64,000 nt of DNA from Geosiphon pyriformis uo1. Taxonomy: Eukaryota > Fungi > Glomeromycota. This document shows, in pieces, positions 46,960 through 59,833 of the stretch. Where the stretch lies: assembly GCA_016748015.1 (NCBI GenBank), contig JAAOMT010000134.1:192757-256756 (forward strand), in the 5' to 3' direction. The notes below the pieces were generated by a model, which was not told where the DNA came from, searched no databases, and worked only from the letters and a program-made list of their open reading frames with translations. The position numbers were made by a program, and so were the translations under genes. Position 1 is the first letter of the stretch. Every line of letters begins with the position of its first letter.

Positions 46960-49924
46960 AATTATTTTACGAGTGAGGCCCAAATGCCACCTAGCACAAT
47001 ACATCAAACTAAGTGATCTCTACTAGGCGCAAATCATGCATTTTCTACACGTGACCAGCCATTCAGGCCAATTAGAGCAACACTATAAATCTATCTTAAC
47101 AGAAACCACACAATCAGTACCAAAAAAAAACTGCAAAGCTTACAAAAACCAAAACTAATACTGTGTGCTTTTATAATTCCAAGCAATTTAACCATTAAAA
47201 AGCAAAAACATAGAACTAAGAATCTTAGAAAGCATAGATTTATTATGTATAATTAAATCTTTTTTCTTTATTAATACTTTATACTTAGTTCTTATCAACT
47301 ATATATCAATTTGATAAGCCATTTTCAAATCTTGTACCAACTCAATGACCTTCTTGCTAACAGTCTTGGCACAGCCAAAAACAGAAACAGCTTTTAAATA
47401 CCATTCTTTGAACACAAAATCTTTGCATAATATAGTATATATAGTATTGTCAAAAGCACACAAAGAAAGCAATTATAAAATATAAAATGACAACAAATTT
47501 AAGTTCAATACAAAACTCTACTGGGCCAAATGTGAATCAAGTAATTCTTTGTGAATATTAGAGTTTATTATACATGTAAAAAAATAATTAAAAAACTCAA
47601 TTTTTTCACAATATAAACATAATATACTGGAATATTTCTTATTATATAAGTATTTTCAAATAGCAACTAGCAAACAATAATATAAAACTTTTATAAAGTA
47701 TGAGCATAAATCAATAATAAACTTACTCATAAAGTTAAATGCCATATGTAAGTCAAGATGTTAAACCAATAAAGTTCAAATTTAATCTATATTTCTAATT
47801 ATATTTTTATAAATAACATTAGAACCAGGCCTAACTTTCCAATAAACATAATAAAATGCTCTAAACACATTATAAATAAAATACCAAACATTTTCAGACA
47901 TTGCTATCTCACCAGTTTTAATGTATTTTTTCTTAATAAGAACAAAAAGTAATAAATTCGAAAATAAAGCCAAGTTAGTCAACATATCAGTATGTTTATT
48001 ATTCAAAACATCTGAATGGTTTTTAATTTTGGTCCAAAAAACAGTAAGCATCTTATATTTAATAGAGTTTATAACACTACATTTTTTAAGCCAACAGTGA
48101 TTATGGAAGTCAAGTAAAGTCATATCTAATTTTATAATACATGTATCCAAAGCAGCTTGATTATCTAAATACATCATAACATTATTAAAAGCTGAAACAC
48201 ACTTCAAGACCAGAGCAATTGCCTGTAATTCTGCTATTATAAAAAATACCAAACTATTAACTTCAATTCTAATACTTAGATTCAGATTAGCAAAAAATGC
48301 AGCTGTATTATATCTTATCTTATACATATTTAAGTTCTTTAAAAATCTATCTATGTAAACATTAATAATATTTAAATCAATACCAAAAAAACATTGTCTT
48401 ACTGTGGAAAAATTACTAGTACTAAAAACATTTAAAAGCTGGAATTTATTGATAAGTAGTTAAACTACAAAATAAGAAGTAAAATTGATTAAGTAATTAT
48501 ATGCCAACTTAAACCAAATAAAGACCAAACCTCTAGAATCAAGTCTTTTTTAATGATAAAAACTTTTTTAATCAAAAACTAATCTCTTTTTATCATATAA
48601 TTATTCAATAAAGACAATATTAAATCTTTTAAGTAAGTAAAAAACATTATAAAACATTTTATCTTCCAAAACAAAAGACATAGAAGTGCTACCAAAAAAC
48701 TGAAATATGGAGAACAAAATATTAGTAAAAAAAACATTATAATCCAAAAAAAAATTTATCATACCAGCTAAAAAATTGTTAACTGAACTGATCTTTAACT
48801 TTACAGAAATTTACAAAAAATAAATAAGAAACCAACTCAAAATTTGCAAATCTAAAAATTTATAATCAAACAAATGACTGTAAACATTAGCAACATTTAA
48901 AAAACTTAATACAGAAGCTAATTTACTTTTTGTTTGGACTTGCTTAAATAATTTAAAGCCATACAAATATGAATGATAAAAAACCTCATTGGAAAAATCT
49001 TTTAACAAGCTAGTTTTTATTCTTAAACTCATCTTAATCAGTGTATCTCATTTGTTGTACACACTTTTAAAAACAAAACTAAACTAAATCTTATAATTAA
49101 CAATAGATTGAAGCACAATTGAAACCAGATAAAAAAACTACTTGTCCAAAATAGCTTTTTTTAAAATTATGTTGGCAAAAAACCTGATATCTGAATGAGC
49201 TTTTTTCAAACTAAATTTGAATAAATCTTCAGAAGACAAAAAAATACCAAGACATCTATAGAATTTTCCACTTTGTGTTATAAATATTGGCAGGTCACTT
49301 ATTGATAATAAGGTATCTTTAACTCTTTGGTTGATAAAAATGACTACCATTTTTTCATTGTTAATTAAAATATTATTAATAATAAAAAACTTACTTATAA
49401 TATCTAAAATATATTAAATAGCAGTTTAACTACTTCTTATTTAAATTGTGTTATTAATAAAAGCTCTAGCTGTCAGATATGAAGTTAATTCACTTTGGAA
49501 TTTTATTCTGCCAGTTTTGACTACAAACTTAATATTAATATAATAGTCACATAAGTTTTTATGTCTTTTAATCTCATACAGAAAAAGATTATAAAAAATT
49601 CTTTAGAGCAAAGAGAAAAAAATTTTACTTTAGTCCAGATTATTATGCACTTGGTACTTATTAGTTAACTTATAATCAGTCATAATCTAATTAATTCTAC
49701 TATTGTAAATACTACCAAAAAACCTAATAAATTGTTTACACATTTTTATTTAATTAAACTATTTTTTAAATAATGTTAACTAACAAAGTCATATGTTTTT
49801 TGCATATCTTGCAAAATCAGCCAAATTTTATGATCTTTTTTTAAAGCATTTTCAATTATTAAGTTAATTGTAAAGATAGAAGACTAAATACTAGTGTCGT
49901 TTAATACAGAAAAGTTGTTATTAT
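46960..49924 (-). mobile_element. LINE copy I, 3' part (RT, RNase H, 3'UTR)
   Basis: 3'UTR at 46970-47090; AELQAIALVL and FFANIILKK. The frame RFNIFY|NNNFSVL rejoins across H. Confidence 0.85.
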
Positions 49925-50898
49925 TATTACCAGTAGAATTTTAGCTATTAATTAGCATGAAATTATCCTTATAATTCTTATTATTAATTAGCATATATTA
50001 TTATCATTTCAATTATTACTTATTATTTAATCAAATTATCAAATATCATTATTCAATTAATAATCTGATTTGTACCATAGAAATTAAGATAATCAAATTA
50101 CACAATATCCTGAACCATTTAATATAGTCAAAATTCGCCGAAATTAATAAAAATTGGTCGAAATAATCAATAATTTGTAGAAATAACTTGTAGTTCACTA
50201 AAATGTATCTTTAATTTACCAAAATTAGAACAAAAAAAAAAGTGCAAGTTCAAAGATTAGTACTACAACAAATTGTAAAAAAAAGAGCTTCTCTCTTCAA
50301 GAAAATATATAATTTTCTCATAGTATCTTATCATAGTATTTTATTTTAGATATCTTAATTAGAACAAATTACCTTTTACATATTCAAATAAAAATTATAT
50401 ATTCGAAAACCAAATTCTTTAATTATTGTACTTGAAATTCTCTCAACACAATTAACATTTTAAAATTGAGTAGCTACCAATTTCAGTAATCTGTTAGTGA
50501 CTTCAGACCTGGATAGAAAATGTTTTCTTTGTTAGAATTCTATTTTTTTTACATTTCTTTTATTTTTCCTTTTTTTTCTTATTATAATCATTAAGATAGC
50601 CTACAGACAAAATTCTTGTAAAAAAGTTGACTTTCACAGCAAAATAACTGCACATTTTTAGTGAGCTTTCAGACAAGCAATTCCTGGGAAAGAGTTGATG
50701 TTTACTACAATGTAATTATATAAAATAACTGACAAGGAATTAGTCATTTTACTTATAAGCCTAGCAGTTCAAATTATAGAAGATAATTTGAAGATAAATT
50801 CAGTTATTGGAAATTCAACTGCTTTCAGAAAACGTAAAATTAGCAACAGACAAACATTAACAACATTCAAGAAAAGAGACCAAAAACCTCTGGTAACA
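49925..50898 (+). repeat. 5' LTR of H
   Basis: Direct repeat of 58854-59829. Confidence 0.93.
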
Positions 50899-50943
50899 TT
50901 TAGTGCTTTTCTATAAAAATAACAGAGCAACAACAAATTCAAA

Positions 50944-53900
50944 GTGGTAACCACATTAGACACAACAACTCTAGAGTATTATCAGTCAATTTACACTCAA
51001 TTTACACTCACTGCAAACAAAGATTCAACATTCAAGACAGAATTGAAATTTTCAAGAAATCACTATACTAATATATTGAAAACTGCATCAACAATTATAT
51101 TTTTGAAAACTACAACATTTCAGAAGTCAGAAACAATCTCTACAATAATTTATTGCACTATTTACAATTGAAAACTAAAGATTTTAACAGTGAAACACTT
51201 GCCATTTACTTCCAAAAACTTAATTTTAACATTATTCAGTATTATAAAGAAAAATACTCAGTACAATCTAAATACTTTGTTGACTTTGAATCAGAACCAA
51301 AAAACAGCAACAACAGAAACAGAAAAAGAAAATTCGAGTTAACTATACAACTGACAACACACCAAAAACAACTGCCAAACACTTGTAAACACCTAAACAA
51401 GAAACCAGTGTCAAATTATCACTTTCTATTATACCATTTTTAATTTTACTTGCTTAACTACAAACACCAAATTTACCACTTATCTATTTCTCAAAACTAG
51501 AAGATTTTTAGTCACTTAAAAGTCCTACTCAACAACAGGAACTTATATCAATTAGCACTAATATTATTGATTATTTGTAGGAAAATGAAAGTAATCATTT
51601 AAAGAACTTGAAAAGTGAAAAAACTGAATCAAAACAAGAAGAAATCACAGAAAATAAAGAAGAAATAGCAACTGCTTATATTGCAAAGATTTCAGAATTT
51701 ACTGATAAAGATAATGATACCAGTCTACAAGAATGGCTTAACAAAGCTCAGAAAACAGGAAATGCAAATGGATGGAATGCAGCAAAAATGCTTAAAGCAA
51801 TCCCATACTTTCTCCAAGAAATAGCAGAAAAATGGTTTGAAAACTTAGATGCATTTTTTGGAAACTGACAAGCATTCAAAAATGCTTTCTTATAACAATT
51901 CACTAACAACAATACATCTATTACTTTCTGAAATTGGTTCTGAAATATAAAACAAGAACTAAGTAAATCAGTCATGGCCTATCTAGAAAAGTTCAACAAA
52001 CTTCTCAGAAGAATTTGCCAGTTAGAAACCAATGAATATTACTCTAATGCCCAAATTTTGAATCAATTTATCACTGAATTAAAAGATAAACTCATAAAAA
52101 AAGTGTGTTTATATTCATCTAAAGATTTGGCTACTGCTATCTAACATGCAAAGAATTATAAAATAGCTATAAAAGAAGTTAATCATACAAAACTTGTGAA
52201 TTTTGCTATTGGAAAAACCAATACAATAGCTGAAAAAAAAATTGACCAATTCACAAAGAAGATTGAAAATTATTTTACCAATCAACAACAACCACAATAA
52301 CTCCAAAGATATTAATCATCTTAACAACACAATCAAAACAATTACTCTTCATCATTCAACAATCAACCACAAAGCTGTTATTATTGTGAAATTCCAAGAC
52401 ATTGGAAACAAGACTGCAGAAAGCTACAAAAAGACCAACAAAACAGGAGCAATCAATTTTATTCTTCAATACAGCAATCTTATTATTAGTTACTACTACC
52501 AGTCTACTATTTTTCAAGACTCCAATAGCAAAACAATTATTATCAACCTGCTTCACAACAGTAATATCAACAACTTTTACCAATTCAGCAATATCAAGCA
52601 CCATTTACACAACAATATCAAATATCTGCTCAAAGATTGGTTCACCAAAACCAATTTACACCTCAAAATTGATTTCAGAATAATAATAATAGAACCAACT
52701 CAAACAATCAATTGGTTCCCCAAAATTCTGGTCAGCAAAGACCCAATCACTACCACACTCAACCCAGTTATCTCACAATGCCTGAAGAACAGGATTTTTA
52801 ACAAACTGCACTTTTTGAAGATAAAATTACAACACCAAAAACAAATCCTTCCAATAATATTATTCTACTAGCTCAAATTACCCAAAATGTCAATCTCTTA
52901 AACATATTTCTATTTGAATTTGAAGCAAATGAATTACCATTCTTGCTTAGCAATGCAGCAGTCAATGAACAAAAAACAATTACAGCAATATATATTAAAG
53001 CTAAAGTGGAAGGAAAATCAATTTAGTTAATCTTGAACAGTAGATCAGCTAGAAGTATTATCACCTACCAATTAATACAACAGCTTTAAAAAACTGTTGA
53101 CAGACCAGCCCAAACTGTAATTGTTACAGCTAATAGCATGAAAAAAATCCCAATAGGAGAAATTAACAACTTTCTATTTACTATTAATGGAATTATCATT
53201 CCAGTTAAAGTTTTAGTTATAGATATACCTTAATACCAAGCTTTTGTTAGAAATGATTGGCTTCTTAAGGCCAATGCAAATTTAGATTGGGAAACCCAGG
53301 AATTAAAAATTTCATATTAAAGACAATACATCAGAGTATCTGCCACTTATGGTACTTTTAATAAAAAATCCGAAAAAGCCCTAGTATTCAAATTTAAAGA
53401 GGAGAAAGAATTACTAATTACTGAAACTTTTATGGCTCTTGGATCAATATCTAATTGGACTGAAGAAACAAAACAAGAAATCTTTAAGAAAACCAGAGGA
53501 TAGAATATTGTTTGATACTCTATACCAGAACCACAGAAACAATTATTTTATATTCTATTTAAATACAAAGATTACAAAAAAAAACTTTTATCAATGAGAG
53601 CATGTATTTTTCCAAAAAAAGAATATGAAACTTGCATCTGTTACTATTGTAAAGCATGCCATAGAGAATGATTTGGATATTTCAAATGAAGTAGAAAATG
53701 GGACAACACTTCTTGTTTTATATGTGAAGATATACTACCAAAAGAATACAACTGAATTGATGTTAGAATAAGAAGAGGAATATGTGATCAAACTTGCCAA
53801 TATGCTTTATCAATCTCGGAAAAAGTCAGAAGAGAAACCTCTTTTAATGCAGCATACAACAGTGCTTTTAACAAACTCTACTATTATTCTTATAATACTG

Positions 53901-56560
53901 AAATAATCTTTGATTTAGCAATGGCTTTAATTAATAAAGCCACACAAGAAGATGTCCACCAAATAAAAGAAGCTAAATACATTGAATATACAATAAAATT
54001 AGCTGAATTCAACTATAAAAATAAAGTAGAAACATATCACCAAATTGCAAGCTACACTTATCTAACCCAAGAAGCTCAAATTTAATAATTAGAGCAAATG
54101 AATATTCAATTGTGTAAAGAATGCATCATGCCTTGTAATGACAAATAGTGTTTAGAATACTATGCTTTTAGCATTCTCTTGCCCAGTAAAAATGACCAAA
54201 AGGAAATTGAATTTGGAAAACCTGAAACAAAAGAAAAAATTACAACAATACCAATCTATCTTACTGAAAATCAGTCTGCTATACAATTCAAATACTTTGA
54301 CAACAATAAACAAAGAATAAAACCAGAAAAAGTCCATAAAATTAATACAGAATATAATTTAAGATATCTTGGCAAAGACACCTTAGTTCTCCAACCAAAA
54401 TTCTTAAACAAAATCAACCTTAGAATTGCTCTTGAAATACCACCAGAAGTAATGGTACAAATTGCTTTCTGATCATCATTGGCAAGCAAAAGATTTAATG
54501 TCAGAAGAAGAATTATAGATACAGGATACACTGAAGATATTATCATCATGTTACAGAATGAAACAGACAAACCATTCAAGATTGAATATGCTGAAAAAAT
54601 TGCTTAAGCAATTTACCTACCTTTAATCAACATTTCAAGTTTACAATCAATTAATAACAGAGAACAATTAGGAAAAAATAAAAGAGAAACTCAAGGTTTT
54701 GGCTCAACTGGACGATTTACAGTCCCAGTAAACATAGTTCTTAATGCACAAAGTAAATCTCACCAGATTCTTCAACTTCTTCAACCAATTACCATTTCAC
54801 TTTTTGGAGAACATCATGAAATTTATACTTGTTTAAAACTTACTACTACTCAACAAATCTTTGAATCCAATGAAAAAATCTGTTTGAAGCATGAAATTTC
54901 AATTCCAAATATCTATATACCAAAAAAAATAAAGAAATTTTGAGTTATATTTTACAAACCCAACAATTACCCCATTGTTCTATTAAATAAATTAGAAATT
55001 GGAATTATACATAACAATATCTTTCAAGATGAAAATCCTTAAATTGTCTCTAATTTCATTGAAATTATAAGACATACCCTATTTCTTAACTCAAACATCA
55101 TCTATACTACTAAAAACTATCATCTTTTAAAAGAAAAACTTGTTCAAATTAACATGGGTCACTTGGAATCCCAACAACAAAAACAATTGAAACAGCTAAT
55201 AGCTGAATTTGCAGATATATTTGCAAAAAACAACAATAACCTTAGAAAAACCAATATTGTTCAACATCAAATCCACATAGGAGATACTCTACCAAAAAGA
55301 CAACAAGCTTACCAAGTTCTATCTGTTAGTCACCAATTTATTAGAGAAGAGATCCAAAGAATGCTTAATAATAGATTGATTCAGTCATTAAAAAGTTTAT
55401 GGGCCTTACCAATAGTTTTTGTTAAAAAAAAAAACGAAAAAATCAGATTTTGTGTTGATTATTGACAATTGAATAGTGTCACAATTAAAGATACATACCT
55501 TTTTCCAAAAATTAATAATATGTTAGATGCTTTAGGAAAAGCCAAGTTCTTCTCAACTTTAGACTTAAAAAGTGAATACTGACAAGTCGAAATAAACCCA
55601 AAAGATTAACCCAAAACAGCATTTACCATTCAAGAAGGAAACTATAAGTTCAATGTTATGCTTTTTAAACTTTGCAATACACCAGCAACATTCTAGCAAC
55701 TCATAAATGTTGTATATAAAAGACTATTATGACAATTAGTAGTTGTCTATCTTAATAACACTAATATGTACTCACCAAGTTTTGAAACTTATCTTATTTA
55801 TTTGTGAGAAGTTTTTCAATGATTACAGAAAGCAAAATTAAAATTGAATATTGAAAAATATCACTTTGAAAAAACAAGTTTAATTTTTCTTGAACACATT
55901 GTTAACAAAGATAGAATCAAACCAAATCCTAGAACAATTAATGCTGTCAAAAACTTTCAAACTTCTAAAAATACCACAGAACTATGAAAATTTGTAGAAT
56001 TAGCCTCCTACTATTGAAAATTCATAAAAAAATTCTTAGAAATTGCCAAATTACTTAATTATCTTACCAATAAAAATATGCCATATTAATAGACTGAAAA
56101 ACAGCAGAAACCCTTTAAAATTCTCAAAACAAAATTAACAACAGCCCTAATTCTTGCTTATCCAAACTTTAACAAATGGTTCCAACTAGTCATTGATGCT
56201 TTACACATAGCATTTGGTGCCATTCTATCACAATTAGATAAAAATAGTCAGAAACAAGTCATTGTTTATATCAGTAGAACACTCAAACCAACAAAACTCA
56301 AGTATGGCTCAACTGAATTAAAAGCTGCTGCAGTCATTTGGGCTCTTAAACACTTTCAACAATACTTGAAGAATAGGAAAGAATTTGATATTATAATTGA
56401 CAATATTGGTCTTAAATGGCTCAATAAAAAAAAAACAAAACAAAGTGCCAAACAGTCTCAATGGAATAACTTTCTAGCAAACTACAAATATATTGTACAC
56501 CACAAACCAAGAAAACTACACACCAATGTTGATAGTTTTTCAAGAATGAAACAAGATTAA
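50944..56560 (+). pseudogene. H gag-pol: gag, protease, Cys-rich domain, dUTPase, RT, RNase H
   Basis: AKISEFT..QEWL, LILNSRSARSII, LVRNDWL, LWALPIVFV..FCVDY, VYLNNT and NVDSFSRMKQD*. Confidence 0.88.
54330..54712 (+). pseudogene. dUTPase domain of H pol
   Basis: EYNLRY, SSLA, IIDTGYT, EKIA.AIYLP and RETQGFGSTG. Confidence 0.87.
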
Positions 56561-56615
56561 CACCAACAACAATTCCACCACAACTTACCACTATTAACAA
56601 AATAACAAAACAACA

Positions 56616-58001
56616 ATAAATTCCAGAAATTACAACAATCTTAAAAACTATTTAGAGACTTTTACCATGCCAGAAAATTGGTCTTCAAGTGAAAAACACT
56701 GATTACAACACCAATCAAAACAATATTTCATACATCACAACAAAATTTATTATAAAAATTGCACAAATTTAAACCAATCATTCAGATTAGTACAAGAAAA
56801 TGAAAAAGAAACAATTCTATACAACATGCATACAGATCCTTCTTTAGCATACTTGGGAAGAAATAGAACAATTCAAAGAACTCTTGAACATTATTTTTGG
56901 TTTCACATGCAAAAAAACATTTAACAATATATAAAATCTTGTAATAATTGTCAAAAAAGAGGAGGAATTTGCCCTACAGAATCTTTAAATCCAATCAAAG
57001 TTGGACAACCTTTTAACAGAGTTAAAATTGATTTAGTTGAACCATTACCTATTACAACCCAAGAAAATTGTTATATTGTAGTTGCAGTAGATTATCTTAC
57101 CAAATGGCCTAAAGCTAGAGCCATCTAAAGAGCAGATGTAAAATCAGTAGCAAATTTCATCTATGAAAATATTATTTGTAGACATAAATGCTTAATTGAA
57201 CTTTTATTTAATCAAGGAATACATTTTGTAAACAACTTGATACAAGAAATTTGTGAACAATTCAATGTTAAAAGACTTCTATTATTATCTTATTATCTCT
57301 AAACAAATGAACTTATAGAACATTTCAATAGAACATTGTGTAAATCTTTAACCAAAGTCTCAACAAATTTTGAGCAAAAATGAGATATATTTATTCCATC
57401 AATATTACTAACCTATAGAACACTAAAACAAGATACTATAAAACACACACCATTTGATCTTACTTATAGAAGGCCAGCAATATTACCAATTAATTTTACA
57501 GTAGAAACATATCCAGTACAACCAATTAATAAAAAAAACTTTCAAGAAACATTTCAGAGAAGAGCCTATACTCTTCTTAGTACACTGGAAGAAAAAAAAC
57601 AAATAGCAGCCACTTATATTGAACACTCCCAAGCTCAACAAAAAAAAAGACATAATAACAAACTGCTACCAGTTATCAATAAATTTAAAGTTGGAAATAA
57701 AGTTCTCTTACACAGAACTAAGGCTAAAAAACAATGGAGTGAAAAATTTGAACATAAATAAAATAGACTATTTTATATTTATGAAATTCTAGACAATAAA
57801 TCATACAAGTTAAAACTTAATAACAAAGTACTAGCAAAAGTTGTATATAGAAATTAATTAAAACACTATTATTCTAGAAACAATCTTGAACCATTAATTT
57901 CACAAATTGGTATACATTTTCCTTTAATTAATCCTGAAGATATTCCCCAAAATTTAGAACCAATAGTTATAATAGAACAACAATCAAACTTGAATACTTA
58001 A
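56616..58001 (+). pseudogene. H integrase, separate ORF (start decayed to ATA)
   Basis: YNMHTDP..CNNCQK, VKIDLV, DYLTKWPKAR and EHFNRTLC; ends QNLEPIVII. Confidence 0.87.
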
Positions 58002-58208
58002 TTTAATATTTTTATAATAATTCCTTTAAAAATACACAAACATAAAAACAAAAATAGTAAATAATTACAAAAAACACTCAAACCCAAAAACAAATAAAAA
58101 TCCTATACCCAAAAATAATTTTCTTTATTTCTTGTTAAATTTTACTTATTAATTAGTTATTTTATCATGATTATTCCTCGAAATATTTAACAAATATCCC
58201 AAAAATTA

Positions 58209-58871
58209 ATGTTAGCCTTAAAAACACTTTTTAACTTAACTATAATGATTAATAAAAATCAAATTAATTACACTCAAAAAAAAACCACAACACCAATAGT
58301 AAATAATTCTCAGAATTATTATCTTTATAGAAAAAAAACAAGAAATTATTCTGTAAATCAATTACTAGAACTTTTGAAGCAAGCACTAAAAGAAAACTTT
58401 TTATTTGCTCCTATTAACATTCTACCAAATACCACAATTCAACAAAAACTTCTACTACTTTTTAATGAACAGAACAATAAACATACTCTTATCTATAGAT
58501 ATTTTTATATTAGAAAAACACTTTATGAATAAAAACTAAAACTTGAAACAAAACACATCACTTCTAAAGCTATACAAAAACAAATTCACAATGAATTTAA
58601 GACAACAGCTGGATTAACAAACACTTGCTACAAACTTAGAGCAGTATTTAGACTTTATAATCTATTTAATACTTGTGGAAATGTCCTACAAAATCCAATA
58701 CTTATTCAATGAAGATTCAATATATTAGAAAGCTTACAGAACTGAAATTTTAACAATTTTCAGATCAGATCACTTCAATTATCTTGGATCACTATCTTAA
58801 CATTACAGATAGTATTTGAACTTCGATGGAGCTTATTCTTGAGGAGGAAATTATGTTACCAGTAGAATTTA
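58209..58871 (+). pseudogene. H ORF3 (env position), related to ORF3 of F and G
   Basis: YRYFYIRK, LRAVFRLYNLF and YIRKLTELKF..DQITSIIL. It runs into the 3' LTR. Confidence 0.65.
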
Positions 58872-59829
58872 GCTATTAATTAGCATGAAATTACCCTCAT
58901 AATTCCTATTATTAATTAACATATATTATTATTATTTCGATTATCACTTATTATTTAATCAAATTATTAAATATCCTTATTTAATTAATAATCCGATTTG
59001 TACTCTAGAAATTAAGATGATCAAATTACACAATACCCTGAACCATTTAATATAGTCAAAATTCACTGAAATTAATGAAAATTGGCCGAAATAATCAAAT
59101 AGTTCAGTGAAATAACTTGTAGTTCACTAAAATGTATCTTTAGTTCACCCAAATTATAGCAAAGAGAAAAGTGCAAGTTCAAAGACTAGTATTACAACAA
59201 GTTGTATAAAAGAAAAGCTTCTCTCTTCAAGAAAATGTATCTTCTTATAGTAGCTTACTATAGCATCCTACTTTAGATATCTTAATTGAAACAAATCATC
59301 TTTTATACATCTTAAATAAAAATTAAAATATTCAAAAACCAAATTCTTAAATTATTGCACTTGAAATTTTCTTAACACAACTAACGTTTTGAAATTGATT
59401 AGCTACCAATTTCAGTAAACTGTTAGTGACTCCAGACCTGAATAGAAAACGTTTTCCCTTGACAAAATTCTATTTCATTTACATTTTTTTTATTTTTCTT
59501 TTCTTTTTTTATTACAATCATTAAGGTAGCCTACAGATAAGATTCTTGTAGAAGAGTTAACTTTTACAGCAAAGTAACTACACATTTTTTAGTAAGCTTC
59601 CAGATGAGCAATTCCTGAGAAAGAGTTGACATTTATTACAACATAACTACACAAAATAACTGACAAAGAATTGGCTATTTCATTTATAAGCCTAGCAGTT
59701 CAAATTATAAAAGATAATTTGAAGATAAATTCAGTTATTGAAGATTTAACTGCTTTTAGAAAATGTGAAATTAGCAACAAACAAACATTAACAACATTCA
59801 AAAAAAGAGACCAAAAACCTCTAGTAATA
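58854..59829 (+). repeat. 3' LTR of H
   Basis: TGTTACC...GTAATA termini. Confidence 0.93.
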
Positions 59830-59833
59830 TTAT

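Larger units (their letters stand above)
49925..59829 (+). mobile_element. Ty3/Gypsy LTR retrotransposon H (dUTPase-bearing), heavily mutated
   Basis: LTRs at 49925-50898 and 58854-59829, TSD TTAT (49921-49924 / 59830-59833), decayed PBS at ~50900 and PPT GAGGAGGAAA at 58841. Confidence 0.93.

Noticed and set aside
50769-50963. ORFs crossing the LTR ends of H (also 59700-59939)
   Set aside because: These are chance or chimeric frames across LTR and LINE junctions.
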